Shown here: positions 10,789-26,600 of the stretch, in pieces
Layout: each line of letters starts with the position of its first letter
How positions within the stretch are numbered: position 1 is the first letter of the stretch
DNA from: the human T2T-CHM13v2.0 reference genome, Homo sapiens
Strand: one strand, 5' to 3'
Assembly: GCF_009914755.1 (NCBI RefSeq)
Contig: NC_060929.1
DNA: 64,000 bases
Notes under the pieces: model-generated
What the model was told of the DNA's origin: nothing
The model's input: the letters and a program-made list of their open reading frames with translations, nothing else
Database searches by the model: none
Program-made: the position numbers and the translations under genes

Positions 10789-13700
10789 TTACTCTTCATT
10801 TTCACATACAAATGATGAACAATAAATTCTTTCCTGACTTGAACAACAGGAACTTTCTCTAATTCCTCCTCCAAATTAAAACAAACAGTACTTTTCAGGT
10901 CTCACTGCTATAGAAAGGCTACTTTCATATCCTGAGTTTCTCTTTTCAATACAATAAAAGAATCATGCAAGAATGTGAGTAATCTGTGAAGAAATACTTT
11001 GGATTTTTATTTCAAAGTCTCTTCCATTTAACTTGATCTGTTATCAATTTTCTCTAAATCGAGAGGATAATGTGTGAGCCCTCCAGCTTTCACAGAGCCG
11101 CTCCTCCTCTGCTGCAGGAAAAGGGGCCCAACAGAGGCCCAAGGTGAAAGTGCCGGCAAAAACCAATAACAGAGAGTTACAAGGCAGACTTAAACGTGAC
11201 CTATTTCTGCTGGGGAAAGCAGAGCTTTGTCTGTACTGAAAGCTTGTCTGTCAGTGCTTTTGCAGGTAATTCAATTAGAGGTTTTACTCAGAACTTGGCT
11301 CTGCATTCTATATGACTAACCCAAGCCCGGTAACTTCCATCATGCTATTATAAGTACAATATGCTATTGAGAAAGTACTATGTTGCAACGGTACATGTAT
11401 TTTTTTTTTCAATTTGCCACAGAGAAGGATGGAATTAATAAAGTGGGCTTACCAAAACATGACAGCATGTTTCAAGTTATAAATCACTTGAGGAAGAAAC
11501 TTTCTTCTCCTTTTCAAGATAATAAGACTGTAAACTTTCCCTATGGTTGAAAGATTATCTCCCCTGTGTACACACAGCAAAATGTCAAAGGAATTTCCAA
11601 GGGCAGTAAGGCCCTTAACAACCACATGTATTTACTAATGCATCCTAGAAATGACAAAAATTACAGAAACGAGCGTCGCATACTTTCCTCCCTATGTGTT
11701 TGCTTCAAGTGGTTTCTTTGTTCAGAAAAAGCAGATGACATCAATCAAATCACACATGGCTTACAATTAGTTTGGCAATACCCAAAGTGACAAAGAGGGA
11801 TCGGCATTTGGTGTGTCTTCTCTCTCCTTTATTTTTATTTTTAAATTATTCCTCATGGGGAGCTGAGAACACAAAAATGCTTCTTTTGCAGGTGAGAGGA
11901 TTCAATATACAAACTTCCAAACAAATTTTACACAGTCTCCTTATGTAATTCTAGATCCAAGTAACCCTCCTGGAGGAGAACTTCTAAATTCACCAACTAA
12001 ATAATGTCAAGTAGTATAGGGTCCCCAGTGTCCCTATTCAACACCTGTTGAAAACTACTTTAATTTTAAAACAAAAGTGTAGAGAAAAAGTGTTTTTGGT
12101 CCTCCCTATCTCCCCTGGTTGCTCTGACAAGCAGTTAAGAAGTGCTAACAGCTGGCTTTGCTGTAGGCTTTCATTAAATCATAGCCAGAAAAACTCCCTC
12201 TACTGACATTTACAGTAACTAGTGTGTTATTTAGGGCACAATATTTGCACTCTGCGGTTTGATCCAGGAAATGGTGTCCTTCCTGTGGACCTCAACTGCA
12301 AATGTGCATGTCACAAATACAGTACACATAGGTGACTCCAATTCATTAGGAAAACCACGGGTTCCTGAGGGAGTATATGTCTTATTCATGAGAGTTAGTG
12401 TGAAAAAAGTGACACACGGATGTTCACACTGCTGTTCAATGAATTTCTGAGCTGAGATGAACTCACTTCAAGCCTTGTGAACTTGATTTGCTACATGCAC
12501 ATAACTGACTTTACAGATGATACTGCTAGATAAACAGGCTGAAGACAGAATCAAATGCTTAATTGGTTTAGCGAGGAGCTTCTTGGATTTAGTACAGGTC
12601 TTTCAGATTTTTCTTTAGGAGAAATAAATCCAGGACATGAAAATTATTGTAGGGCACATGGCAATAACTAAACAGCAAACGATACGCCTCCAGGAAAAAA
12701 CTGGAGAGTTCTCTCCATGAGCTCTCAAGGAGGGACACAGTCTTAGCTACTGGATGTGCTCCATACTTCTGTGAATTAAAAATATGAAATACATTTGTAT
12801 TTAAATGACACATAAAATAAAAACCTCTCTTCCCTAACAACCTGCCCCACTACTTCCTCATTTTCTGTCACCAGGAAATGTGACTGATGCCTTGTGATAC
12901 TGTGACTATTATACTCTAATCCTTAGAAAAATTTGTGAACAAAGAATATTAGCACACAATGTGATATGTGAGTACACAACACAGATTGCATGCCATGGAT
13001 TCACTCGATCATCACTGCATCACTGGCCTGAGCTCAAGGAGTAAACTCCTAACCCTTACAGCCAACCTGAGAAGTGTGCCTTACTAGGTCAGTATAACTT
13101 GGGTTTCTTATTTAACACCTTGAAAAACAAACAAACAAAAAAATCCAAAAAGATGAAAACGTTTTCCATGTAGTAGCAAAACTCCATTTTTTAAATGTAA
13201 CGTTTAATAAAGTTAAAGTGTGGCTTTCCTCTATGTTATGCTCAAGGTTCTGTCACCCCACACTTCTTGGCTGACAAATGTAGGATGCCTTTATACCAAC
13301 TAAAAAATACAGATAATTAATTATTAGTACTATTTGAAGACATAAGGTAATATAAAAGTGCATTACTAATCACAAGTAAACAAAAGGCAGAGGACTGAGC
13401 ACTAAAAACAAAACATAACAGAGGAATTGAAACATGTAACATTCCCACTAATAAACTTATAAAGAAAATCTCAGGATCAATTTATGAGCAATAGATAGAG
13501 CTGAGGATGGAAATGAGGGAGTAAAATCTTAAAACATGCCTCGTTTTTGTCAGGAGGTAGGTAGTATTAATCCTTATGGCTCTAGAGATACATCACTTTG
13601 TCATGGCCAACTTTATCTTAGTTAAAAGTAAATATGTAAGTATTTTATACATAAATTATATACATAAATATATATAAATTTATATACATAAATTATATTC

Positions 13701-13841
13701 ACTATATATAACTTCTTGTGCTGCTTTCCTTAGAAAATGAATAGTCGATGTTGAAAGTTGATAACGAATAATTATAAAAATCCATTACATATTACTGCAG
13801 CTTCATCTATCATTTCAAATGCTTTTAAAATGCCTACTATG

Positions 13842-14141
<300 letters not shown>

Positions 14142-15124
14142 AAAATGCCTACTATGCATCAGCTTCTTTATTAGGTGCTGTGCATGCGAAGATATATAAG
14201 ATTTCAAACTGTCCCTGCCCTTGTGTTGTGGTTCTTCAAGCTGGGACATAAATATGAACCACAGTTTAGCGTACCTGGAGGGATCCATGTGACAACTGAG
14301 GTTTACATGAAGAGCCAGCACAGCTCTGGGCAGGGAGCAAGAGTGTGTCCCAGACATGTTTATCAGAGGCTTCACAGGTCCTCCAGAAGCTAACCAGCAG
14401 CAACTGGGACAGAAGACATTTTATCCCTAAATTTCCAAACCAGAGCTTTGGCAACCAAAAAGAGGCAGTGACTTGCAAACAGGTGAAAAAAAAATCTAGA
14501 TCTGAAATCTTCCTCTAAAGACACATGGATTTTCTAATAGAATTTTTCAACTAAAATGAGAAATGTCTTAAAACAGTTGTCACATCATCCAAATTCACAC
14601 CCATTTACTCAGTTTACTGCTTAAAGTGTAAGTTGGAGTCAGGAAGTTGGGAGTAGGGATATGGGGACAATTAAAACAAGCACAATGTCCCATTCCATTA
14701 TCTTAATAGCAACTTTATAAATCAATCCATAGAGTCCCTTCCCCTGAATGAGCTGCAACGTACCAATCAAAACCTTTTAACACATAATGAAATACAAGCT
14801 GGAGACTCTCTGGTTCTCTGTGTTTCGAGTACTCTGCTAATAAGGCCATGAGGGCCCCTTACTTTTACTCTGTTCCATGACCTCAGACAGGGGCTCTAAC
14901 TTGAGCCTTCCCAAAAATCTTGGTCTCCTGGGGCTCAGGTGAGCATGACTCAGCACTTAGCCAACTTGGTATAGAAAATGACGATATTCAGTGCCCCCAA
15001 ATCAGTACTTCTAAAAGTTATATTTAGCAATGCAAATATATGTAACATTCATACCACAATTCACCATAGATCTATCATTCAGACATAGTAGAGAACACAT
15101 CCCTTCGGGTACTGCCATCATGCT

Positions 15125-15643
15125 TGTGGCGGGCAGCTTCTGACATGGGTCCCAGGTATCCCCACATTCCTGTAGGCAGTCCTTTGTATAATCCCCTCCC
15201 CTTGAGAGGCGACTGAACCTATTAACTTGCTTCTAAAGAGTAGAACATGGCAAAAGTGATGGGATGTCATTCTGATTGTTACAAAAGACTGTACCTTACT
15301 TCTAGTGAACACTCTCTCTTTTGCTCATGAAGCAAGGTACCATATTGTGAGATTTCCAATGGAGAGGACCATGTAGCAAGAAACTAACAGAGACTTCCAG
15401 CCAAGAGGTACAAGGAACTGATGTCATAGTTCAACAACCCACAAAGAACTGAATTGGCTAACAATCGGGTGAGTGAGCTGCAAAGTGAATCCTTCTCACT
15501 GAGCCTTGAGATGACCGTTGCCTTGGGAGAGACTCAAAGGATCCAGCTAAGCTGCACCTGGATTCCTGGTCCACGGAAACTGTGAAATAATAAACGTTGT
15601 TTTAGCCACAAAATTTGGGGGTAATTTCTTAAGAGCTGATACA
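15125..15643 (+). mobile_element. MaLR solo LTR (MLT1E/F-like)
   Basis: TG...CA termini, MLT1-type TAATCCCCTCCCCTTGAG and GAAACTGTGAAATAATAAACGTTGTTTTAGCCAC motifs, 5-bp TSD ATGCT on both sides. Confidence 0.85.
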
Positions 15644-17983
15644 ATGCTGTACACTAACAAATCTGTGTAGTTAAAGGCTTAAAGCTGACTTCGGACTGAA
15701 GGACTAAGACACTCTGGCATGTTCTGCTAATGGCCAGCATGCCCTTGCTCCCACAGAGCTGTGCACTCCTGATTCTGCTGCCATGCCTCAACAACTGGAT
15801 CCCTTACTAGTTTACATTTCAAGCTACTGTTACAAGTCCACTTAAAATATGCCTTGAAGAGAGGTAATTATAAGCTGCTGTTGAAGAAATACAACAAGAC
15901 ATATCAATTTAAATGTTCTCACTCCAGTATTAAAAAGTGTTTTTCATTTTCCTTCGCATACAACTTAGTTTGCTTTTGCTAATGCAGCCAACCTGTGCTG
16001 TTCTTTGCAATTAGCATGATGTCTCATTTTAACTACAAATTGCTGGGTAAACCAAAATGAGTTGATACAAAATGTGAACATAAATCTTAAGGAGAATGCC
16101 TTTCTTCAAATAGGAGAAATAGAATGGAAAGGTGGTCTTTAAAAATACCTGAAATGAAAGGATTTTAAAATAAGTTAAAACTTTTCTTACTACCAAAAAA
16201 CTCCTATTAGTTATCTTCTACACAGGCCATCAAGTTAAATACAAAGATTATGAGACTTCAAACAACTCAAAAGTTCCCTAATCATCAAGGTAACAACCAT
16301 TCTTCTTCATGAAGAACCAAAGTTTTAGCAGAAAAGGAAGGAAATATTGTTTTCTTTCACATTTTCAGGCCCAACACTGTACTCATTAGTCAAACTTAAC
16401 ATCTCTGCCTAACCTTATTCAGCTTCAAATCTTAATTCTGAAAGCCAAAATCCTCCTTTTCTGTGTCCCATGTCAATCTGGGTACTTTGGGAAGTTTTAT
16501 TTTTAAGAATATTCAGCCGCTTTCTTCTTTTTAAAGAAATGAGTGTGTGGGGGAGCGTTAAAAATGCAGTTTTCCATTATGTTTGCCACAGGCAATATTT
16601 CTCAATTCGTGCAAGTCAAAAGAAAAGATAGGCTATTAGCTGTTAGCACGGCCCAGTTTTTTTCCCTGTAGGTTTTTCATGCAGTTCAACATACAACACA
16701 AATATATGCAAATTAGGCAGGTGAAGGTGGAATTAAGCATTAATATTCCTTTCACAATAAATGCTGAAAGAGTAAAGCCCATTTAAATCCATGGTACTAC
16801 TGGAAATATCTCCTAGAATTTGATGAATCAATAAAATCCAGTTTGTGTACATGAGTGGAGTGGGGAAACAGAAGAAGTGGTGGGAACAGAATAGAGATTA
16901 ATCAAAGCCATATGGACTTGGAAAATGGTTACCAGATCCACAGAAAACTTGTTAAAACAAAAGTTAGGCCTCTTCTTAGGGAAGAATACTAAAGCAACAA
17001 TTTGCAACTGGCTATGTGCCCCTTTTTTAAAAGCATTTTCATACAAAGCATTTTCATATAAAGAACAAAATCATGTGTTATGATGAAATACATCTCACTC
17101 ATTCTAACTTTTGGGATTTAAAAGTCATGTGCTTTAATGACTCGCTCATGGCCCCGGTTTACCAAGCTTGCATTCATGGTGCCACCCCAGGAGCTACTAA
17201 ATTTGCCAACACATTTCTTCTCTTGCAGCCCACTGCGTCTCAAGACTTAAATCATGGGCAGGTTAAGGTCAGAGCCCAAGACGTAAAATTTGGAAAGGAG
17301 GTCACTAAGTAAAGATAGAGGCCTTGGAGAAATAAGAATATCATGTAAATATTAGAAACTTTGATATGACTCTGGGGATGTTTCTTTTAAAAACCAGAAT
17401 AAGAAAAGGGATGTGTTTCCCACCACATAACAAGAGGGATAGAAAAACATATTCTGCAAGTTAAAACTTGGTTTTAACACCAGGGAACTGTAACAAGGAA
17501 AAAATAATTAGAGTAAACTTCAGGACAAGGGAGGTAAAATAAGTTCCAGCTGTGCAGCCACACACAAAAGAGAAATGGGAAGCACCACCCATCCTACCCA
17601 CTGTTTGCCTTCCCTCCTATCTCTCTGCCCCCTTAAGGCAAAGTTCTCACTGCTAATAACTAACCTGAGTATTATTTAAATTCCAGCAGGTAAGTCTCAG
17701 TAGATCAATTACTTTTTCTTAGCCACCTCAAGTAAATGGCTGAGGACAAGTTTCCACTCATTTCTAGGAATACTCCAATAGCACACTAACATGCTTTTTG
17801 TATATATTTATCTGAAGTATGAGCAAACTTTTACTTGCGTTTAAAAGCTCAGTGACAACAAACTTTGTTTCTGCTGCTTATTGAAGAAGGGGATGATTTG
17901 TCTCATATAGTTTGATATCTATTTAGGTATGAGCCAAAAATAACGTGGATTTTGGAGAATGATTTTAAAATGTCCCCTTATAA

Positions 17984-18304
<321 letters not shown>

Positions 18305-20076
18305 ATTTCTAGTTCTGCCTAAGGAAAATTTAAGACAGCTTTAAATAAATCTCACATTCTGAATGTAAACTTCACCTCTGTCAGTCATGTGAGTGGGGAA
18401 ATCTAGTCCTCACAGGCACAGAAAGCAAGATAATATTTAGATATCATTTTAATTGTCTAAGAAATTTCTTAACATGAAGAAATATAGTTCAGTTTCTTAT
18501 ATATTTTACTATTTTTAAAAATCAATGAACATCTTTGAACAGTTAAGAAAAAGTTTTCTATTATCAACTAGTGTTCTAACTATTCTCTGAGACCTCGCCT
18601 TGCCTAAGGCCACACAATATTTAAGTGACTTTCTCAGGCTTTAAGGTCAGCCAGTTCTTTCTTTCTTGTTTGTGGTTATTTTGGTGAACTTACTGTACTA
18701 GAGAGGTATTATCTGACAAAACAAAACAAGACAAAAACAGCAACAAACCAGATAGGCAGAATTATTCACTTAGAAAACCTCTTCTTCAGATGGAAGCCCC
18801 ATAATAACCATAATAACAACAAAAACAAAAACTCCAACAAAAGGCAGAATTCCTAGAATCCCACAAGAGGAACTATTTATATTATTTCTTCTCCACAGGC
18901 TCCCTTTGCCCCTCTGTGTGATACCCTATGAGGGTGGCTGTTAACCGTTAGGCAAGGAAAGCAAAGCCACAAATCCCATTCCTCATTCGTAAGATATTAA
19001 CAGAAACAATGTCATTATCAGACAGCACTAATGTAGCATGACAGTAAATTACTAATAAATCATCAAGTTAATACAATTCAAAGAAGCTCCTAGAAAAAAG
19101 TTAATATTTCTGTGAGCCTTTCAAAACCCCTTTCATTATTATTCTCCTTGGTGAGGGCTCTTTTAAGAAACATTACTTAGCGGTTTGAGTGTATGCATAA
19201 TGATTCTCTTTCTCCCTGGTTCATTCTTTTTGACTTATTTTGTGGTTTTGAGCCAGCTGCTTAACGTGCCTACGCCTCAGTTTTCTCATTAGCTTCATCT
19301 TCTCTAAAACAAATTTTAAGTATGACCTGTTTTAGAGGGGCAGTACAATTTTATAATGCACTTAGAAACTCAGGTGATCCCTACAGATCTAGAATATTGT
19401 TTCACTATTCTACAGATTGATAGCATCAGCTCTGCGCTTACTGGGGCCTCTGCATGGGGATATCCCTAAGCAGGGGGCACCCAGCTGAGGGCTTCTGAGG
19501 TTGTGAGTTCTGAGTGCAAATATGGAGGAGGAAGGGCTCAGGTGTGGATAGTGGTGATTAAAAGTTACTTAGGAGTCATAAGAAAAACAAGGGTAATTAA
19601 GTGTGATCTTCTCTAGCATAAATTTTAAAAACTGGATTCTACCATAGTTTGACTTGTTATTTTGTGTGTGTTGGAGGGTGGGGGTGGTGATGAAGATATT
19701 TATGTGAGGATGTGCACTGAGGCTGAGAGAATTTAGAGAATTAGGGTGCTGGAAGATCCTGTTCCTTTTGAAAATATGTTAAGATCTCTGAGCTCTTTTT
19801 TCAATCCATGTTAAGAGTGTGAGCAGTGAGCATGCTATTAGGCTAGAGGGACCGTAGGACAAGGATGTAAATCCTGCAGAGAGGAAACTAGGCTGGGTGT
19901 TGAGACTGCTTTTGCAACTGTATACCCAGACATGACAGTGATGACACTAAAGGAAACCAGCCCAGAGGTGGCTATAGATCCCGCACCATGCCCATACCAG
20001 TCCATGGATATTGTGCTGCTATATATAAATGTTCTCACTCCACTCTTTAATTTTTTTTTTTGTATACTATTTGGGT

Positions 20077-20523
<447 letters not shown>

Positions 20524-20994
20524 GGGTGGGGGTAATTATCTATTTTATTTACACAAATCAATGATTTCTTTGGTTGTATTTCTTAACCAGTAAGCCATGT
20601 TCTCCCCAATGCCTATCATTTCTGGTGATATTACAAGTATCTAGATAGAAATATCCATTCATTTAGGCTGGAGGCTCTCCAAATGGAATCCTAGAGGCCT
20701 GAACAAATTAACGTTCTCTCTGTAGAAGATGAAATTTTACCAAGGAGGGAGTCGTTAGATACCAGGATTGTACATTTTGTTTCACACTCAAAATGCTTTC
20801 CATGATAAGGCTTTTATGTTGATTGAGTGGAGAAAAGGACAGCCAATCTCAGGGACTAAATTCTAGTTTACTCTGATTGTCTCTGAGACGGATTATCTGC
20901 AGAAAAGTTAATGGCTGTGCATTCCCATTCGTCATACCACAGAACAGCAGCCAGGGTTTCCTTTTCCATAATCTGGTCCCAACCTTATTCTCCT

Positions 20995-21098
20995 TTGTTT
21001 TGTTTGTTTGTTTTTTGAGACACGGTCTCTCTCTGTGGCCCAGGCTGGAATGCAGGGGTGCAATCAGGGCTTACTGCAGCCTCAACTTCCCAGGCTCC
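20995..21098 (-). mobile_element. Truncated Alu (3' part of right arm)
   Basis: TTTG-repeat tail then GAGACACGGTCTC ... CAGGCTGGAATGCAG ... CAGCCTCAACTTCCCAGGCTC. Confidence 0.8.
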
Positions 21099-21529
21099 CT
21101 CTTTATCCCTCCTACTCTTTTCCCTTCTTTGGCATACATTCATAGCTTGTACCAACAATATTCCCTCCTAGAATCTCCTGGAAAGTCCACCTTTTCTCAT
21201 GTGACCTTTCCTTTGCCTCTCAAAATCCCTACTTCCTCTGGCCACTTGAGGTATGTCTCCATTTCTCCAACACAATAACCCTCTTCCAGGTTCCCACAGA
21301 GATCTGTTTCTGTCTCCTTACTAGCACTTAACCCATTCTGTTTTGTTTTAGAACTGGTTAATACATCTTATCTCTGCTACTAGAGTTGCAAATTCCCCCA
21401 AAGGCAGGAGCCATGCCAAGTTGTTGTGTTCTTGGGTTCTAGGTTCTGGGGAGTCTATTGCTTTGTTCCTAACAGGTGTTTAATAAAGATTTGAAGAATT
21501 ATTGTAGGGATTTAAAAAAAATCTGTCGA

Positions 21530-21887
<358 letters not shown>

Positions 21888-22135
21888 TTAGGATTAGGAC
21901 ACAAAAGTGAAGAGAGGGGTAGTGGTAAATGTCAAAGAAATTAAGAAAACAAAAAAGGTCCTTGTCCGAGAACTAGAAGTCTCCCCTGCCCACACTGCTG
22001 GCTCCTTCTTGTAGAATGATCTTGGGAACTGATGTAATAATCAGGCAAAGCCAGGGATATACAAAATTCAAGTAGGTAGCATTTCAATATCTGTAAGAGT
22101 GTGGGGTCCCAAGAAGTAAGAAATAAGTGAAAGGA

Positions 22136-22260
22136 GGCCAGGCGTGGTGGCTCACGCCTGTAATCCCAGCAGTTTAGGAGGCCAAGGCGGGCAGATCACC
22201 TGAGGGTCAGAAGTTTGAGACCAGCCTGGCCAACATGGCAAAACCCCATCTCTACTAAAG
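22136..22260 (+). mobile_element. Alu left arm running into a purine microsatellite
   Basis: GGCCAGGCGTGGTGGCTCACGCCTGTAATCCCAGC ... CCCCATCTCTACTAAA, with no right arm. Confidence 0.9.
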
Positions 22261-22397
22261 AAGGAAGGAAGGAAGGAAGGAAACGGAAAGGAAAGGAAAG
22301 GAAAGGAAAGGAAAGGAAAGGAAAGGAAGGAGGGAGGAAGGAAGGAAGGAAAGAAGAGAGAGAGAAGGAAGGAAGGAGAGAGAGAGAGAGAAAGGAA
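22257..22397 (+). repeat. Compound polypurine microsatellite (GGAA)n/(GGAAA)n/(GA)n
   Basis: About 140 bp of purines with a single C (22284). Five consecutive GGAA, then eight GGAAA. Confidence 0.95.
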
Positions 22398-23354
22398 TGG
22401 GAACGTGGGCATCTTTAGATCCAAAGATATGTAGAATTTAATCAAATGATAGCTTGGGTACAGGTTGCAGGCCCCTCCCAGTGAACAGAGAATAAAAGCA
22501 AAGTGAGATTAGAATCCAAGTGACCATGGGCTTCTTTAAGTAATGATAAAAGGTGGCTCTGGACAATCATGATCACAGGTAAGGGTGACATTGTCCTTGC
22601 TGAATTCCTCTAATCATGAAGATCAGAGAAACCTCTCAGCAAGTTAAAGCACCTCAGATGTTACATGAGAACATAACCCCCCAAACTGTGCTGAGGGATA
22701 CAACTATCTTTCAACCACAGCAGAGCTTAAAAGAGGCATTTTTTAAAGAATCAAAACCATAGAACGAGTATTTCTTGTGTATTAAAAAATGCCACCTGTG
22801 AATGTGGTACTTTAATACTTTTAAACTGTGGGATAACTTTGGCCAACTTGAGTAACCGGTCAGACAAGCAATTCTAATTTAAAATATATAATGGAAAAAT
22901 CGACTTAGATTTGTGACTAAGTGAAATTTTAGCAGTGATGAAACCTATAATTTACGTGTACAGTTTTGGAACATTTAAGAGAACTAAAGGTTCATCATAT
23001 TTTAAAATTTAATTTATTATAGTAAGAATTACTGAAATAAGTTTTTACAGTCAGACAACTAAAATATTTTTAAATGATAGAGAATAACTAAATCTAAGTT
23101 CAGCTTAAAATGTTTTAAAGTCTATTTAATTCACCAAGGTTTTAAATGAATCCAAATATTTACATTTGCTAGCCTTATATATAGAATAAAACATATAAGC
23201 TAATCTGAATAGGCTAAATTTGAAATTTTTAGAAAGATTTAAAAAAATGTATAACTTCAATAAGTCAAATATCAAATTTTAAGCGTAAAATTTAAATAAA
23301 CATTTTACAGATAAAACCCACCCTTCTGTGTATCAAAAACTCATCCTGACACTT

Positions 23355-23645
23355 CCTTTCAGGTCCTGGATTACATGCTGCCTCCTCAGAGAAGCCTCCT
23401 ATGACCACCTAATCGAAAGCTATCTCCATGTTTCTCTGGCACTGCATCCAGCTCCCTACTAGTATAACTGACAGTTATAGATTTGTTTGTTTCCTGGTTT
23501 ATTGTCTACTTCCTGATGAAGCTGTAAGCTCCAGAAGCAGGAACCATTCTTTAATATATCACAGTGTTTCTAAAATCTAACATAGTGCTTGGCACAAAGG
23601 AGGTACCCAAGAAACACTTTGGTAGGAGTGAATAAGCGAATGAAC
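23355..23645 (+). mobile_element. L2 3' fragment
   Basis: CCTCCTCAGAGAAGCCT, CTGTAAGCTCCAGAAGCAGG, CATAGTGCTTGGCAC and GAATGAA-like end typical of the L2 3' terminus. Confidence 0.65.
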
Positions 23646-26600
23646 AGAAAACTGAATTAGCCAGAAATATTCAAGGTTATATATTACAAAAAATAACCAA
23701 AGGCAGCAAGGTGTTCCAGAAACTTGAGATCTTCACAGATTGATTTGCTATGTTTTTCACTCTCCGTGAATATTACCTTTTATATTTCCTCTTGCTAATG
23801 CACAGAGCAATCTCATAGCTAGCTAGATGAAAACTTTGCCTACTTTATTACTGCTGCAAGCTTATTGAGAGATTTGTTTACTATTTGATTTTCCCAGAAA
23901 CCTTAGTTTAGCAATCAGACAATGCACAGATGGATAACAAAAGATTGATAAATTACAATTATAACTTTAACATGTAGTATAGTAAATAAATCAATGATGC
24001 ATTTTTAGGAGCTTCTAGCATATGAAAAGCCTGCAGAATGGAAAAAAGGATAACCATCCTTTAACATTTTGTTTCTATTTCTTAAGAAATTTCTGCAGCT
24101 AACATATAAAAACAAGTATTCTATCCATTAGCCATGATAGTAATACCGATGTGCTACTTAAGTTTTAAGGAATCATTTATATTTCTATGCTGACTCCACA
24201 TGTCACACAAATAGGAAGATTTATTGTATTACTTGGCATTTTGAGGAAAAAATCAATCTATTTTGCCGCTGCTTAGTGGAAGAAAACTCTTGGGTCAACT
24301 TATCTTTTTAATCTAAGAGGTCTCAATTGAAATTGGCTTTGAAGTTTGCTAATTACAAAACTCAACAGGGGTTTTCCCTTATTTGGTGTAACTCATATTT
24401 CTATTCATTAACCCCAGTTTTAAAAAGATTAAAAAAGTCTGAATAGAAACAACTTAAAAGTTTGAAGAACAGCCTCTCCCCTGTGATACCTTTACAGATA
24501 CTTCAAGTGCAAACTTCCCCCATACTATCAAATTCTATTTAATTACAAATCTTCTGTGGTTGCAGGAGGGGGAGGTAAAACACATACATTTTGAACTTTC
24601 CAACCACACAGGGCTGTAGGAAGATGAGAAATCAGTAAATTCTTTTCACTCTATATATTGGGGAAATTTATGTCAACCTGAGTTACAAGGAAATCAAGAT
24701 TCTGAAGGGCAATCCTGCTAGCTGCTTTTGCAGGGCCAAGCCACTGGGTTCAGATGCTTTCATTCGGGTGAAAAGATCATTACCAGGCGGCTCCGGGGAA
24801 GTTGGCCCTCCTGTAAGTGTGCTCCTTTGTTATGAATATGGAACAGATGGAGCCAAATCTATCTGCTCTGTAGGAACAAAAACACTTACAACCCAGCTCT
24901 CTCTATTAAAGACTCTACTTAGCTCCTTTATACCATCGGCTTTCTGTGCACTGCTGTGAGGTTTTGACTTTATAGAAAAAGGCACTTCATAAAAGCAACA
25001 GTTCTTACTCTTAAACCAAAGTGGCCTAAGAACTAAAGAAGATGAATACATGGTTTCACCGACAGGACTCCTTGGAGATATGTAGATATTCAATTAGGGG
25101 TGTATGTGTGTGTAGGAGGAGGAGGAAGACTGTATTCAATTCTGGTAAATGTCTGCATTAAAACAACATGAAAATATAGAAAAGAGCGATGAAGATGTCA
25201 TGTTTCTCATTACAAGGATGGCATCTAATTGCTCTAGCATAATAAAATGGCAAGATTTAATTGTGTATATATGTCTGTAAGGCTAGCGAGGGCTGTCTTG
25301 AACAAAAAATATGACTATGCACAACAAAATCATGCAGGTAAATATGATTAGTAATTAGGACCATACCACAAAACAAAGGCTATATGATGCTTCTTCACTA
25401 TGAAAAATAATATTAATTACTTTCAGCATCATCATGCCAATTTGCTTTTACAGTCTGAAAGATGTAAACACTGCAGGTAAAACCAATGCATGCATTTATT
25501 TATCATGCCACAAGAAATCTACAGCCATCCCTACAACGTGCTGTTGCCAAGATATATGTGCTGACAGCAAGGTAAGTTTCACAGGCTTCCGGGTGTGGAT
25601 ACACTACTGTATACGCACCTTCCATTGATAGCAACAGGGGGAAAGGAGTGTCTGCCTTATTTCATTACATTTATTATACTGATACATTTAAAGTCTGGCT
25701 GCCTCTTCGGAGATAATTGAAAAAAGAAATTCTGTGGCAGGATGCTTTGATTCTGACTAAATCAAGTCTTCGGGCAAATTTCCTCCTGCCAGTGGAAGCA
25801 CAGCTTGCCTGAAGTCGTAACCTTTGTGGGAGGAAAGGAACTGGCCTTGAAGCAGATCATGAAGCAAATGTTTTATGCCAAATCAGAGTCTGGGGATACG
25901 TAGGCTACTGCAAATAAAACTCTTCTTCTGTCTGTTCAATCATTTCAATTCCCTGCAGTGTGAAATATGAACTTGCCAACAAATGGCCAGCGTGCTGTGC
26001 CTCGCAGCAGGGGGGGAAGTGCCACAGCTGTGCCAGAGACTGGAAAACTCAAGATGCGCATGACATGTTCATTAGTTCCCCTGTATAGCCAGGGCCTGAA
26101 CCACGCCAGTCTCCAGAACCATCCACAGGGAAGCAGAAGGAGTGTTTACTATACCCAAAAGAGTTAGACACGATTTCCACCAAAATGAGTTGCACAACTT
26201 GTGATCCCTTTGATGACCCGAGAAGGTTAGTCTTTAAAACAAGAACACATCTCTGGACAGGAATAGACAGAAAATATTATGTCTGCCAATGATTACAGTT
26301 TTTTTCTGACTTTATTAGCAGCCTGCTCTGTGAGCAATAAAAAATGAAATAATGAATAATACTTTCAGTATCCAAGCATCTATGAGAGATTGAAAGAATT
26401 TAGATGTCTCTTCTCTTTATCAGAAAGACAGATTTGTGGAAAATGCCTGGCTCACCCGTTGCAGGCAAACATAACACTAGTTCTTCCTAGTGTAGTAGCC
26501 TTCTACTGCATTCTACATTACAGTTTCACAATAATAAAATAGTTATTTGTCTAAATTAAAGTAACATTAGACTAACAAATTTCAATTTGATGTCCTTTGC

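Noticed and set aside
17030-17059. 15-bp tandem duplication AAAGCATTTTCATA(C/T)
   Set aside because: Ordinary slippage duplication with no evidence of function.
19464-19483. CTCF-like motif TAAGCAGGGGGCAC (also weak matches near 9325 and 45200)
   Set aside because: Mismatches at the conserved 5' CC positions; cannot be supported without ChIP data.
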